A stretch of DNA of 64,000 nt, taken from assembly GCA_965202585.1 (NCBI GenBank), contig OZ241826.1, positions 23,064,001 to 23,128,000 of the forward strand. Direction: 5' to 3'. Positions 1 through 13,651 of this stretch are shown here, in pieces (position 1 is the first letter of the stretch; every line of letters begins with the position of its first letter). The notes beneath the pieces are model-generated. The model saw only the letters and a program-made list of their open reading frames with translations, was not told the origin of the DNA and searched no databases. A program made the translations under genes and the position numbers. The stretch comes from Thalia democratica. Lineage: Eukaryota.

Positions 1-2970
1 TTGCTGAATGAATTAAACCTGCTTATTTAAAATACATTAGTATATTTACAAGTGAAGTCATTTGCTTTGAGTGTTAGTGGAAAGTCAATATTGTTTATGA
101 TTTTCTAAATTAGATTTTTTTCTTATTTTCATTAATGGTTGCCTAAGACAAAACAATGAAACTAAATAAATTAATTCAATTTAAACTTTTATCTAGATAT
201 AACATCAAGTATAGTTGTTTAATTTGCAGGTAAAATGAAGTTCTCATTGTTTCTTGTTGCATTCTACTTACTGATGATGATTAGTGTGGTACCAGCTGAA
301 TCGATTCCAAGCAAACCAACATCGTCAACAATGCCTGTTTTGTTTGTTAGTTAACTTGAATGTTTATTAAACTTAACAGATTTTAATTAAACCTTCGAAA
401 AAAAAATGCTAATTTTAACTAGCCATCACAAACGTTATACAATATGTTATATTAATTTTGTTTATTAAATCAATATTCTAAAAAGGTTAACTATATTGTT
501 TATGATGCATTTATAAAAAATTAATAAAACAAATACAAAATATTATCTCATTCATTATTATCAAAAAAGTTTAAATACTAAATATTTTCTAAATGTCTGG
601 TGATAAATTTTCGTTAATCTTTTTTTAATAAAATACAATTAAAAACTTAACACAACATTTAAAAATTTTATTTAGATAATATGTTAGTGAACGTAAAAAC
701 TTACTACATTTATGTTTTAGGAAGACGGTTTTTTCAAGAATTTTCAGTTAAATGGATTCTGTAAGTTTATTTGTTTTTGTTTTAGTTGTTGTATTAAAAC
801 AGTCTAACAAGAGCTAATCGATAAAAAATTTACTAACCATTATATTAACATTTAGACATATTCGAGGCGTGTCAAAGCCCGCAAGATGAAAATTGTTTGG
901 AAGCAACTGTTGTTAACTCGGGTGAGTAATAAATTAAAACAATCTTTTACTAAACCTATAATTTTTATAAAATATTTTACAGAAATTTGTAAAAAGAAGA
1001 ACGGCTTATCACTGTACGAGCTTTGAATTAGGATCAATGTTTGACAGGAATTCTTCTTCTTAATCGGAAAAATTATAAATATGTATCCTACAGACCGTAA
1101 GTTATAACTGATATACTTTTCTAGTTTTTATATACCAGTTAAGTATGTTTGATAAATAATATTTAATTATTTAGTTTCAGATTTGTCTTTGTTTTTTGTC
1201 AAATTTAGCAAATATGTAAAATTTTACACTTAGTTTAAGAATTTATCACTTTAATTAGTTCTTTTTTTTTTTGCACTTGGTCTCTCAATAGTTTTAACTA
1301 TAATAAAATTTACAGGAGAATTCTGCAACAATATTTGTCCTTTCGGATGCAACAAAGCATCGATCGAGCTCGGAAGTAAGTATGTGATCCAAAACTTAGC
1401 TCTTTGTGACGTGATGGTATTTAGTTGCTCACAAAAATCTTCATCTGTTACGATGTCTGATGTAAGTTGATTTTAATATTATTTGAAATTAACAATTTTA
1501 AATGCAGTCCTAATAAATGTTTTATCAACTACAAAACTTTAGTTGCTAAATTTCATAGAAAATAAAAAGCTCCTAACTATTATTAAAATATAATTTTATA
1601 TTGTGTATCAATATTAAACGTAACTTTTCAAAACTAGTACAATAAGTAAATAACTTAAATTAGCCTTGTTTTAAAATTTAGCTTAAAACTTTCGTTTTTA
1701 CTTTATTTTTAGGTTTTATTGTTATTACGTTTTGTTTTTAAAGAACTATAATAAGATTAACCTAGTTGATCTTCACAGGGTTTCTAAAACAAAAGAGTAA
1801 AAAATTCCTATTTTCAAATACGCTGAAACTTATGTTATGAATTCTGAGTTTCGTAATAAAACGTTTCTATTTTAATAAGTTGTGTTCTTTTTTATATTTA
1901 TTTTCGTTATAATGTGCTCTTTATTTTGAATTTGTTGTGAAAATATGAATAAACTTGAAAATGCAAAAATGAGCTTGTTTATTTGTTTAATTATAATGAC
2001 CAAATAGCTAAAACAGTTAAATTATTAACTTAAAGTTTTGCAAACGAACGGCTCCAAACCTTAAGTTTAAATACACAATAGTGCTGAACGTTAGCTAGAC
2101 TAATATTAAGTTTTAGAGTTACGAGAAGTGTAATAGACAATTTTGATGATTAAAAAAGAAATTTGTATTTGAACAGTAGATAAAATGACGCTTAAGTTCG
2201 AAAAAAAAAAACTTTTAATTTAATGTTTGTAAATATTTTAACAAAACTTTCAAACGTTAAGCTCGTTTATAAATACATCAATAATTAAATATATTCATTT
2301 TTTCATTAGCTATTCTGAGTTGAGCCTTGATAGTGTCATATCAATAATATTATGGAAACATTTTGTGAAAATACCGACATTATTTTTTTATACAGATAAA
2401 AACTGTTTATAAACAAAAACATTAAAAAATTGACATATCATAAAATCTTTAGCAGTCTTTCACTTGTCAGGTAAAAAATTCTTAAGTTTTATTCAGAACA
2501 AATGAAATTAGTCTAAGGTGTAAAAATAATTTTTATAGCTCTTAAAACACTTAAATACACTGTATGTTATTTTAGTAGTCTTTTTTTAGTCCAGCTCTGT
2601 TTTTCAAACGTAAAAATAAAGTTCGTCTTAAAAAAAAATGATCTATAAATATTCTAATAATTTGTTTATGTAGCTTCTATTATTAATATTTAAACTTTTA
2701 AAGTATAATACATAAATATTCAAACTGATCGTTTAAATTTAAACAACTCGTAAATAATTTATAAATTATAAAATTTTAATAATCTTATAACGAATGTCAA
2801 ATTTAGAAAACTTAAAACATCAAAAACTAAATGTTAAAATGCCAAGATAAAGATAACATAAAAAATATATCACTTTTCTAAAACTTCATACATTTTCGCA
2901 AGTTTTGTGTTTACTATAGTTCTTACGAATTAACACTTTATTTTTATATTTTAGTTAATCAAAGTAATTT
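1..2970 (+). repeat. Segmental duplication copy 1 (paralogous to 16771-19760); extends beyond window start
   Basis: Position 1 ttgctgaatgaattaaacct matches 16771 ttgctgaatgacttaaacct. Colinear high identity continues at an offset of ~16.77 kb until about 2970/19760. Confidence 0.95.
235..1470 (+). pseudogene. 5-exon secreted cysteine-rich protein gene, copy 1, with two in-frame TGA stops in exon 4
   Basis: Exons 235-345, 721-760, 856-921, 983-1096, 1316-1470, all with GT-AG ends and compatible phases. N-terminus MKFSLFLVAFYLLMMISVVPA is signal-peptide-like. TGA at 1024-1026 and 1042-1044 where copy 2 has TGC and GGA. Confidence 0.7.
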
Positions 2971-4422
2971 TATGCCACAATTTTATTATGGAAGATAATT
3001 TTAAGCTAATAAACGTGCCTAATCCAATGTTAAGTTTTAGAAATTTAGTTTTGATTTAAACGAGATACATTAATGTTTTTAGTAATTTTCCATTATTATA
3101 ACACCATGTAGTATAGTACACGAAAGTTTAATAAGTTTAATAACCTACCTAAGAAATAAAATTTAAAACACAATGAAAAATTTAATAATTAAGTTTGAAT
3201 GGTGTCAAGATAGAGAATTATCAAACTTGCCCGTTAATCTGTATAGAATTTTAAAGAATTAGTTTAGTATACTGTACAGAATTTGCGCGTTAAGTGTTAA
3301 AAAATAATTGTGGTGTTAAGTATTAAAGTAATTTGTTAGTAGATACCCAAATGTATACTTAATATTAGCATAATAGTACCACAATAATGATTCAAAATAG
3401 ATAAGTTATAGTAGTATGTTTAGATAAATAAATACTTGGTTCTGATAAAAAAGATTTTACTTTAATTCAATTTTAATTTACTTTTTTCCATTATTTAGAT
3501 TCTTTGTCTAGCTAGACGGATCAAAATTGGTCAAAAGTAATGAGCTTCTTTCTGCAGTTGGTGTTTTTTGTTAATTAATAATAAAGAAGGTACTTGTTTC
3601 ACGACTCAATATCCTAAAAAAAGTTTTCAATGAAAATGATTTTTCTTTAAAAAACCTCAGTAGAGAATTAAACTAAACTTATCACCTTTTAGTCACATAT
3701 TTCACCGTGCAATAAGTAACATTTTGTATAAAATTAATAAGAAAAAGTTAAATTTTATTAGCTGTAATATATAAGCTTTACAAAAACATTTGGTCTATAT
3801 TTTCTTAGAAAATAGACTGCACAAAAGTGTGTAGGATTAGTACCTCAGGCAAATTTGCATGTATTGAGAAATTCAAAACCAGCCCATAAATACATGGCTT
3901 AATATGGATGGAGGTATAATGTTATTAAATTAACAAATTTTGTTATAAAATAGTATACCGTTGTCTGATCTCACCAAAAAGTTTAACATGCAAAAAAGAT
4001 TTAATTAGATGTTGTAGCAGTCTAAATTATTAAACACGTGTTGTCAAAATAACTGTGTAAAACCCTATTAATAAAAAAAAATTGTGTAATTTGTTGTTTC
4101 AAACTTTTGGATTTGACAAAATTAAATCTTCTTTTTTGTAAGTTTTTAAGCTAAACAACTCTCATTCAATTTCAGTATCATAGTTTTATTACCATGTAAA
4201 GAAATTATCTTGTTAATTTTTTTTTTTATACTTTTATAAGGTTTACTTTCAGTCAGGAAACTTAATTAAGGAAACTATGCACCGAGAGAGACTTCAAGAG
4301 ATCAAGCGAAAGTAAAATGAGACAGATAAAGCTCTTCAGATGATTGAGATTGATCGATTTTATTTTACGCAATTAGTTGTGACACAAAAAAAAAAACTTT
4401 AAAAATCTAATGTTCTAAAATT

Positions 4423-5091
4423 CTACAGGAAAACTCTTTGATCTCGTTGGTCTATTTCCAAATCAGCATTGAACTTCAAAAGTTTGTACGAATCAGGTGC
4501 TACGTTTCTTTTGCAGCACGGACATTGTTTACATCTACCCCCAACAATATTGCCAGCACATTTGCAACACAACGGGTGTCCGCAAAATGGCGCTACGATG
4601 TGCAGGTCTTCATCAAGGATCTCCTTGTAAGTGCTGAGACAGACGGGACAGCTGTTTTCATCAAAAAACTTCGCAACTTTGCTGTCTTTGTCGTATTCTG
4701 TCAATTCTCGTGCTATTTCACACTGATCAATCGCACTTTCTCCGGCCGGTACACTTTCGCACTTTCCACATGTCATCACTGGAGGCACGGGAATTTTCAT
4801 TGTTAGTTCGCAGTCGCCCATCAAGTCGTCGTCGTGTAACTCTTCGAAACCTTCGAGTATTTTAGATCGCATTCTGACGAGTCCCGTACCACGCACGAAC
4901 ATGTTAACAATTTGAAAAGCCGCCCTTTCTTCACTGGGGTGTCTGAACTTGATTCTGGAGTAAATTCGAAACCTGCCTCCGTGAAGCAAAAACGATTTCT
5001 TTCCGTCTTTGCGAAGCCACATAATGAATTTTCCGTGTTTGCCCCGGAAGCTACATCTTTTAATTATTATTTTACCAATTGAACCCGACAT
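4423..5091 (-). CDS. Intronless RING-HC (C3HC4) finger protein, 222 aa, putative E3 ubiquitin ligase
   Basis: C148-x2-C151-x18-C170-x-H172-x2-C175-x2-C178-x11-C190-x2-C193. The ORF is uninterrupted and much more GC-rich than its flanks. A ttttacag acceptor lies 16 nt upstream of the ATG. Confidence 0.85.
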   Translation of the reverse strand: MSGSIGKIIIKRCSFRGKHGKFIMWLRKDGKKSFLLHGGRFRIYSRIKFRHPSEERAAFQIVNMFVRGTGLVRMRSKILEGFEELHDDDLMGDCELTMKIPVPPVMTCGKCESVPAGESAIDQCEIARELTEYDKDSKVAKFFDENSCPVCLSTYKEILDEDLHIVAPFCGHPLCCKCAGNIVGGRCKQCPCCKRNVAPDSYKLLKFNADLEIDQRDQRVFL

Positions 5092-5435
5092 TTTGCGTTT
5101 CGATAAACTGTAAAAATGTAAAAGCGTCTTAAGTAATTAAAAGTTATAACTTAAGTATAGCATTGTATGACAAAAAAAAGATGTTTGCATTTTTAGAAAA
5201 CTTGTTAGACTTTTTACGTTATCTTAATTACATGAAAAACAAAACTGAAATTAGAATATTGAAAACTTTACCGAACTCAGACTTATCATTTAAAAATAAC
5301 TTTAATTAATATAGATTAAATAAAAACTACTTAGTTTTTGAACATAAAAATTATTTTATACAGATTCAAAAGATTTTTATCAGTTCATAATAAATGAGTT
5401 TTAAACAATTTTAAAGTAAACACTATGTTTGAAAT

Positions 5436-6305
5436 GGAACACGCTAATTCCAACCTGCGCACAATTCTCACCCGATCAATTTCCACCAATAAAAAAAATA
5501 AAAATTATAAAACAAGAGGAAAATAAAAATACCAACAAAGGGTGAAAACTAGGAGAAATAGTGATATCAGTGAAGATAGTAATCACATAGAATATACTTA
5601 ATATATTAGTACTATTACTCAAAATTATGTGGGAACTTATTTACTTAATACCTTATAAATACTAGTTGCTATTTTAATAAACTTCATACAAATCAGACAG
5701 ACAGTTTGAGTAGTGTATCTTATGTAAGAAAGAACCCAAAACCACTGTTATAGAACCTTTATCTCAAAAATATAAAATATACTTTAAAACAACTTAGGCC
5801 AAATAAAACTTAACAACAACTTAAGTTTAAATTTAAAATATTTTAAAACTCTAACTAATGTGAACTATGTAGTGCTTAAAGAACTGTAAAACAATTAAGT
5901 GCTGTTTAAATAATGATTCGTATACTTAAACTATAAGAGAACTCAAATAAATTTGCATGCAGTTTTCACTATTTAATATAGGTCTAATTCTCAGTCAATA
6001 TTAAAAACAACAATGACAAAAAGTAAATGTAAATAAAAAAAAAGTTATTCTATATTACGCTTGAACGCACAAAGACTTCATATGGTCTTTTTTACTCTAG
6101 ATATTTGACATTCAAACAATGAAACAACAAGTAAAACACAGTAGTTTTATTACAATAGTAGAAAAAAATAAAAGTATAAAAAACAATAATGTTAATAATA
6201 AAATAAATTAATAAACAAAAGTTTCAGTGGGATTTAATAGAATTGGAATTGTGAGGGCTTAAATTGATTCGGGTGGAAATTGACCTGAAGTGGAATTGAA
6301 GAGTA
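5436..6305. mobile_element. Degenerate MITE-like element with imperfect inverted ends (caattccac/gtggaattg motifs)
   Basis: ctaattccaac...tcaatttccacc at ~5443-5487 mirrored by ggtggaaattgac...gtggaattg at ~6272-6298. The interior is AT-rich and no TSD was recognised. Confidence 0.3.
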
Positions 6306-8229
6306 CACTTTATGAAATATACTTGTTCACCTTTTGACATTTGAAATAAGTCTTTTATGTTGACTAACAATCTTACTAAAATAAACTCGTGTTGTGTTGT
6401 TGATGTTATGTAAAGTTTTCAAAACTTTGTAACTAGTATGATAAACATTTCGTCTACGAATTTACATGTAAAGTAATTTTAGTAACCACACAAAAACTCA
6501 TTTATATATTAACTGTATTAAAAATCTAATGTTTTTAAAACCTTGTTTTTTTTTTTGAAACCAGTTAATTGGTGAAAACTAAAATTTTGATTATACAAGT
6601 AAAACAAAAATTAAAAACTTGTTACAAACTGTAAAGTTAAAGTAAAATCATAAGTTTAGTATTAATGAAAGAAGTTAAAAGGTGTTGATTTTATAATTAA
6701 AGTTGCATATTTAAAATACATAACTAGTTTTATAGTAAACACATTTCTAAAGTATAAGTTACACTTAATGAGATAAAAGCATATTTAATGTAAAAACATT
6801 TGAGATTTAAAATTAATAACTCTTTCAACGTTTTGAGAGTTTTATTGTTTAAACAGGGATGGAATGCTAAAAACTAGTTTAAAAGGCTTCTAATTTAAAT
6901 TTTATTTCAAACAAATCTTTAAAAATTTAAGTATTACACGGATAGTTTAACAATGAAATAACACTAATTGTAGAACTTAAATAGTTGTAAAAACTAACTA
7001 AATAAAAAGATGAAAAGACCGGAACACTAGTTAAGTAAAACCAAGCTTAGTGTAATTCAAACGGTCATGACTCTTTAGAAAAATAATTTTTTGAATTTCT
7101 AAAACTGCCTAACAGAGTAGAAAATATGTAAAAACTTAGGCTTATTTAAATAAAGGAGTTTTAAAATTAAACATATATTTCACAATTGTGTAAAATATTA
7201 ATACATAAATATTATTAAATCATAAAAAAGTATAAACATAAAAGAAAGGCGGCTATTTATAAAAATATTGCACTTAAACTAAATGTTAACTAAGACAATT
7301 TTTTAAATAATTTAAGTTCTTGAGAATTATTATATAAGATGAAGCTTATGTTGTATTTGAACTAAGTGAAATCATTTTATATTTGAAAAACACAAATTGT
7401 TTTAAAAGGTAAAAACTATTCTAAAATCCTTGTTATCTTTTAAGCTATGGTGGTGAATGGTATATAGTTTTTAAATTTAGACCAAATACTAATTAATAAA
7501 GTTATTTATATCCAATAGTGTAGAAATTTTGCACAAAAAACAAAATATTTAAAATTTTTAGATATTATGTTTAAAAGTACATTTATTAGTTTATTTTTAG
7601 TATATGTATTTGTACCTTTTTAAAACTTAATTAAAAATGCACGAAGTAAAAATACAAACATAAGAATCTTTTTTTTTTATGATAATAAGTATATATAGAT
7701 TAATCAAAATTTTGAAATCTAAAGAACTTTACTTGTTTTTTAACTAATACAAATAAGAAATTTATACTGCCATAAATAAAAATAACAAGATTTTAAAGCA
7801 CTATTTCTTGACCTAACAACTCCAAACTAAAATAATTTTATATTTTATTTTTTGATACTTGATAATTCATAGCTTTATTTTACAGCTTGAGTAGTTAATA
7901 TCTTTTTTTTAGTTAAATTTAGTTTAATTGTTTTGTGTCAGTACAATAAGTTGGATATTTTGGCTTTTTTAATTTTGATAGAATGTTTTACCAAATTGGA
8001 TTCTAAGTGTTCTCTAGTTGAAAAATACTAAAGCAAGGTTTTCTGAATTCATTACTAAAATCCAACATTTGACATGAGTTTTAAAAGTTATGATCATCTT
8101 ATTTGTTATATGTTTTAATATAAAAACTTAAAATTTTTCTTTTAAACTCGTTTTTAATAAAGAGCTTAATAATGATACTTTATAAAAAATAATTTTTTTT
8201 GCTTATTCAAATAGATTTTTTGTTTAAAC

Positions 8230-8640
8230 CAGCGGTCAGCAAACTGCGGCCCGCGAGCACGTTGTTTTTGTTTTTTAATAGAATGCGGCCCGCAAAACAA
8301 AATTTAATGGACCGTGAGCTTGTAAATATAGCAAGCTGAGTAAAAATTTATTTTAAATTAAATTTTTTCAGTAGTTTTGTTTAATTTGATTATTTAAGCC
8401 CCTGTATAAATTTTAATTAAAACAATTAAAAGACTTTACTGCTTTGGCTTAAAAATGTGAATAAGACAGATGAGCATTCGACCGGTGATTTTTTCCAATT
8501 TCACAATAAATATCTTTTTACAACTGAAAGTAATTATCTGAAAAAAAGAGTGTGAGGAGAGCTTTGATTCTATAAGTTGTATATATAAACCTACTTAGTA
8601 AATAAACTAAACGCAAATGTTTCCCATTGTGTACAAAAGT
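8230..8640 (+). mobile_element. hAT-type DNA transposon 5' end (truncated)
   Basis: Begins cagcggtcagcaaactgcggcccgcg with a repeated gcggcccgc subterminal motif, typical of hAT termini. No matching right TIR seen. Confidence 0.5.
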
Positions 8641-8708
8641 AATTCACTGTAATTATTTAAAATATAATTTTCTTACAATCTATGTATTTTGTTTGACATG
8701 TAGTTTAT

Positions 8709-9189
8709 GGGAACGGGTGTAAATTGCAAAAAGACAAAATTGCTCGAGTTTACTAAACTGCACGAGGGGACTAAATTGCACGAGAACAAAATTGCACGAG
8801 TGCTCAAAATTGCACGGAGCCAAATTTGCACAAATTATATTTTTACACGAGAATAAAAAATACAAAAAAACAAGAAGAAAAAAAAAAATAATTTGTTAAA
8901 TAAAAAAAATTACCGACCGAAGTTAAGGATTATGGGTAAAAGTGATAGTAAAAAAATAACAATAAAATAATAAAGAATAAATAAAAACAAAAATTAAAAC
9001 CTTTATAAAAAAATTTTAACAACCGAGGGTAAGGGTTAGGGGTAACAATGAAAGTAAGAAAGTTAAAATTAATAAAGTTTACAAAAAATTAAAAAAATAA
9101 TAAAAAAAAGATTAACTCGTGCAAAAAAGTCTCCGTGCAAGTTTATATTCGTGCAATTTCGTCCCCTCGTGCAAATTTGACAAATACCC
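8709..9189. mobile_element. Non-autonomous foldback/MITE with ttgcacga subterminal repeats
   Basis: Left arm repeats aaattgcacga, right arm repeats tcgtgcaaa (inverted). Ends are gggaacgggtg...tttgacaaataccc. It shares its motif family with 13652-15785. Confidence 0.65.
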
Positions 9190-10524
9190 ATATTATTTAC
9201 CTAAGTTTTTTTGTAGATGTTTTATCACTATAAGTTATAATTGAGGATGCGCAAAAACATTTAAGTAAGATAATAATAAAAAATAAGGTTTATTTTATTT
9301 TGGTTTTGACATGTTTTGATTTTTAGGAAATTATTTGTGCATTTTAAATTTATTTCAAAGCTGATGTTTTTTAACCAATGTAATTGTTATAAATTAGTTG
9401 AAGTTACACTAGGCTTACAAGTGAATATTCAAATATTTAATAACTGACAAATCTCTAACTTCATGATGAGCAAACATGTTGGGAGACTTTAGGCAAATAA
9501 ACTTATACAGTGCAAATTCACCTTACAAAGAAGGGTGTTTCTAAATTTTTTCTCAAGTTTTAAAGAGAGAAACAAAATTATATTTTCATATATTTTTTAA
9601 TATCAACTAAATCTAAGTTATTTAAGTACTGTAGTTTTTAAATGATTAATTTTTAAGTTGTTACTGTAAGTAATACGTATACTTAAAAAAAAACTTTGAA
9701 AAAATTTTGATTTTGTTTTTTTTGATATTTTGCTTATTTTTAACTGAGTAAACAATTTTTAAATCTTAAGAAAATGTCCGTGTGTAATAAGAAAATTTTA
9801 GAATAAAAAACGTAAAGTTTTAAATTAATATTTAAATACTGTAATGTCATTAAAACACGGAAAAAAATTTAATTAAATTCCAAATTAGTTATATGTTCGA
9901 AAGCAACTCCGTAAATATTTAATGCTACTAAAAATAATAGTTTGTATAAAAAACAGCTTACTAAACGTATATAGTTGTCTTAACAGTTTCTTTTTAATTA
10001 GTTTAAGTATGTAGAAAGATTTTGTTGTGTAAAACATCGCACACATTTTAGCTTTTAAATGTTTTATTTAGTACCTAACCATAATTGCCACAGTTTTTAC
10101 TTTTTGTTTATCTTGTGTTTGTTTTATTAAAGCATTTAGAATATTTTGGCGTATTTCATGTTTATACCTTTAATTTATTAAACTTTTTGCTACTTTTAAC
10201 GACAGTGTTGTCTACTTAAGAAGTTATGCAATAAACGTTAACTTACTACTTATGTATTCTTTACGGAACTTTCTAAACAACATTTAAAAAAAAGGATTAT
10301 GTCTCTAACTAAACATATACGTTAACGTTGAAAAGTATACATTACCATCTAATTTGTTCTTTATGTAGTTTTTTTTCAAGTATTACTTAAAGCAGCGTGT
10401 TTCTTTTATAGGGTTGCTTTCTTTTGTTTCAAAACAAGTTTTAATTATATTCTAATTTTTCGATATTAGTGGCGCTTATAAACATTACTTTTCATTCAAA
10501 AAATTAAGTACAAGGGAATCTTGA

Positions 10525-11715
10525 TTATTATTATTTTTATTATTATTATATTGTTTATTGTGCAATGTTGGACTCTGGCATCAAAACCTGAGCCAATTAA
10601 ACAGGACACACAAAAAAAAAAAAGAAAAAGAAAATAAACTTATATTCAAAACTTTAATATAAATTATATATATATATATATAAACATAATTTAAATGAAA
10701 ACACAAAGTTAAACACAATATGATATACAAATGAACTAAATTTAAAATTCAATTCAAAAAATTCAAACTTATATATTACTTAGTACACAGAACAAAGAAG
10801 TTTGTCTAAAATCATCGCTTATAAAACAAAATTCATAATTACAAAATATATAAGTAAACTAATAGTTTTTAGGGGGGAGGCGTAGGGAAACGAATATTTT
10901 TTTCTTTTTGTTTATAGTGGAAAATTAGTGAATTTTACTGATATTTATTGTATTTAAATCAAATCTTTTTAGATTTAAACGAAATTTTTCTACCCCTCAC
11001 AAGATACTATATCCTGAGGTAGTCTGTTCCACATAGCTTTTGATCTGTGAAAAAATGCGCCTTGCCACTGACTGTTTTGAAAATCATGTTTACATTTTAT
11101 TTTCACATCATTTCCTCTGAGTTGATATTTATTTTGGGAAAAATTAAAAAACTGGTTAAAAAAACTTTGATATTTGCCATTGATAATTTTGTAAAGAATT
11201 AATAGATCAAATTCCCATCTTCTATATTCCAATGATTTCAAGCCAAGTTTAATCATTCTATCATTATATGATGTGTAAGATATGTTGCAACGACTACAAA
11301 TATGACGGGTAAAACTCCTTTGCACAGATTCAATTTTATTAATATCCTTTTTTAAATGGGGTGACCAAATTTGGGTACTAAACTCAAGTTTAGGGCGAAC
11401 GTATGTTTTAAATAGTTTTGTCAGAATTGAAGCAGAATTAGTTTAAAAACTTTTTAATATATGATAACATGTAGTTTTTGCAATCTTATATAAATATTTG
11501 ATATGTTCATTCCATTTGAAATCTTCGGAAATATAATTTCCCAAATCTTTAAAAACATTAACTTCTGGTAACTTGATGTTATTGATTAAGAGGTCAGTTG
11601 GAGAAGATTTTTTTTTGTTAATGGTTAGAATTTTACATTTGCCAAGATTTAAGTTTAGTTTTCTTGTTTTTAACCATTTGTAAATATTATCTAAATATAG
11701 TTGTAACAAAGTATT
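10525..11715 (-). mobile_element. 5'-truncated CR1-group LINE (RT C-terminal part, 3' UTR and (AAT)n tail)
   Basis: ORFs 11443-11709 and 10990-11325 plus the intervening RPKLEFSTQIWSPHLKKDINKIESVQRSFTR...LKSLEYRR match the CR1/L2 RT C-terminus. An aataataat tail lies at ~10525-10550 on the minus strand. Confidence 0.85.
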
Positions 11716-12180
11716 TGAATATTATGAATTTTTATTAACAAAAAAAAGTTTTGACTTTCTTCCTACATGTTGAAAATATTATAAAGTTTATTAACTTTTG
11801 AACTAAAATAAAGTTAGATTGTAATATACTATAGTTATGTTGTATACTTAAATAAAGTAACAAATACAAAATTTAAACATAAATTCAGTCCCAATATATA
11901 TTGTTTAAAGCATTCGTTTCCTGTAGTAAATAGTTACTACCTAAATATGTAGAACTAACTAACGCATTTAAAAGATAATCTTTATACTACGTTTATAAGT
12001 GTATTTAAGATAACAAACCTATTAGGTAATATAAAGCTACCTTAAAACATTTTTTTAATAAAAATACCATACTGAATGAAAATAATTTTTAATAAAAATT
12101 ACTAAATCGAACAACCATATCTTTATTATTTTAAGCTTAAATAAATCAAAAAATCTTTAATCAGTTCATGATATTGTTGT

Positions 12181-12305
12181 TTATTGAACGACAAAAATAC
12201 GCTCAAAAGATTTGGTCTAAGGACATTGTGTACAAAAAGACCTTTTGGTTATCGAGTCATACAACAGAACAGTTTAACGTCATGCCCAGGACAAAAATAT
12301 GACCA
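12181..12305. repeat. Dispersed ~120 bp repeat, copy 1 (other copy ~27461-27580)
   Basis: ttattgaacgacaaaaatacgctcaaaag...gtcgagtc..tttaacgtc is shared between the two sites with moderate identity. Confidence 0.55.
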
Positions 12306-13651
12306 AAACTTATACAAATTAATTAGACATTAGTAACTTGATTTCGTTATTTTTATATAGTTAGTACTTACATTACAAGCCAGTAAGAAGTAAAAAAAGA
12401 TAAACCTAAATACTTTACATAATTACACGCATAAAGTTCATACTTAAATAAACAACTTTCAGTATATGCAAAAGTCTATAAAACACATACAAACATGATT
12501 TTGTTTTTACTTTGTCGCTTACTTTTGGATACCTGTTCAAAATTTAAAACAGATTTTATAAGTTCTATGGAAATATTACAATGGAAATTAAATAATATGC
12601 ATTAACTTAAAAGAATATTCCTTTACATATTATTATTGTTATTATTTGTTTATTATGTTTAACAAAGCCTTATAATTTTGATTTAAATACATGAAAAATT
12701 CACGCTGAATTAAATGAAATCATATGTGTACTGTGAAAGTGGGTATGTTTGTTTGCATATAAAAATTCAGAAAGTACACCTTAATAACCCTGTTGTGACT
12801 GTTGTATACGAACCGCCTAAACATGTATGTCAGCAGTAATGGGTATCTAATAACAATTACTACTTTTTATTAAAAAAGAAAACTTACACACTGATATATT
12901 AGGTTTAGTGTTTCCACCAGAGTACTAAAAAAAAACAAGCGATTGTTTATAGCATAATGTTGATGTAAATTGCTTCATAACAAACATTAATAATAAATAT
13001 AAAAAGAATACTTTAACTAAGACGTTTTTATAAAATGATGTACAGCTGAACTTTCAAGTTTTTGCTTTGTCAGAAAAAGGTATTATAAAAGAAAAAATAA
13101 CAAAAGAAAATATTTTTATCTTAAACCAAATTTTAGTTATGGATAAAACAAAAATAATTAAGAAATTTCGAAAAAAAAAACACAAGTTTAATTTGAAATT
13201 TTCTAGAAACCAACTTCAAATTTATGAAAGGAAAGGTCATTCAAGTTTTTAAGTTAAAACACTCAAAAAATTCAAACAGATTAAAAATATGTGTTTCCAG
13301 TTTGAACTAAATATTCACCAATCAAAAATTTGACGTTCTCATTAAGTCTTGTTATAGAAGTATCAAAAACAGTTGCTTGCTTTAATAAATTGCCTGAACA
13401 TTTTCGAACAAAAATAAGAATTATTAGAAACTAATAAATAAATTCGACTTAGTCACTTTTTAAACAACTTATAAATTAGTTACTATATTTTTTCAACAAA
13501 ATCGAAAAAAATAAAATAAATTTCAGCTATAAAATTTCCAACAAAATTAATCTCTTGATCATGTTAAGTTTTTTTAATTTAACTTTAATTACATTTTAAA
13601 CACTTAATTGTGTATTAAAACAAGACCGAAAAAATTCATAAGTATGGGCTA

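Noticed and set aside
852-1037. Minus-strand 61 aa ORF and its twin at 17631-17816
   Set aside because: They are antisense to exons 3-4 of the plus-strand spliced gene, which has consistent splice signals and phases.
1180-1215. Extra candidate exon (ttcag...gtaaaa) in the duplicated gene, with a 3 nt indel between copies
   Set aside because: It ends in phase 0 whereas the Cys-rich frame of the next exon needs phase 1, and the donor is weak.
4438-4806. Plus-strand ORF over the RING gene; likewise ORFs antisense to calpain (21381-22276) and L (31796-34078)
   Set aside because: They are shadow ORFs of GC-richer coding sequence, with no motifs.
12725-12830. Possible LINE endonuclease fragment (VVTVVYEPP) and possible RT fragment at ~55700-55900 (KLFIFAD)
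   Set aside because: The similarities are single short motifs with no supporting context.
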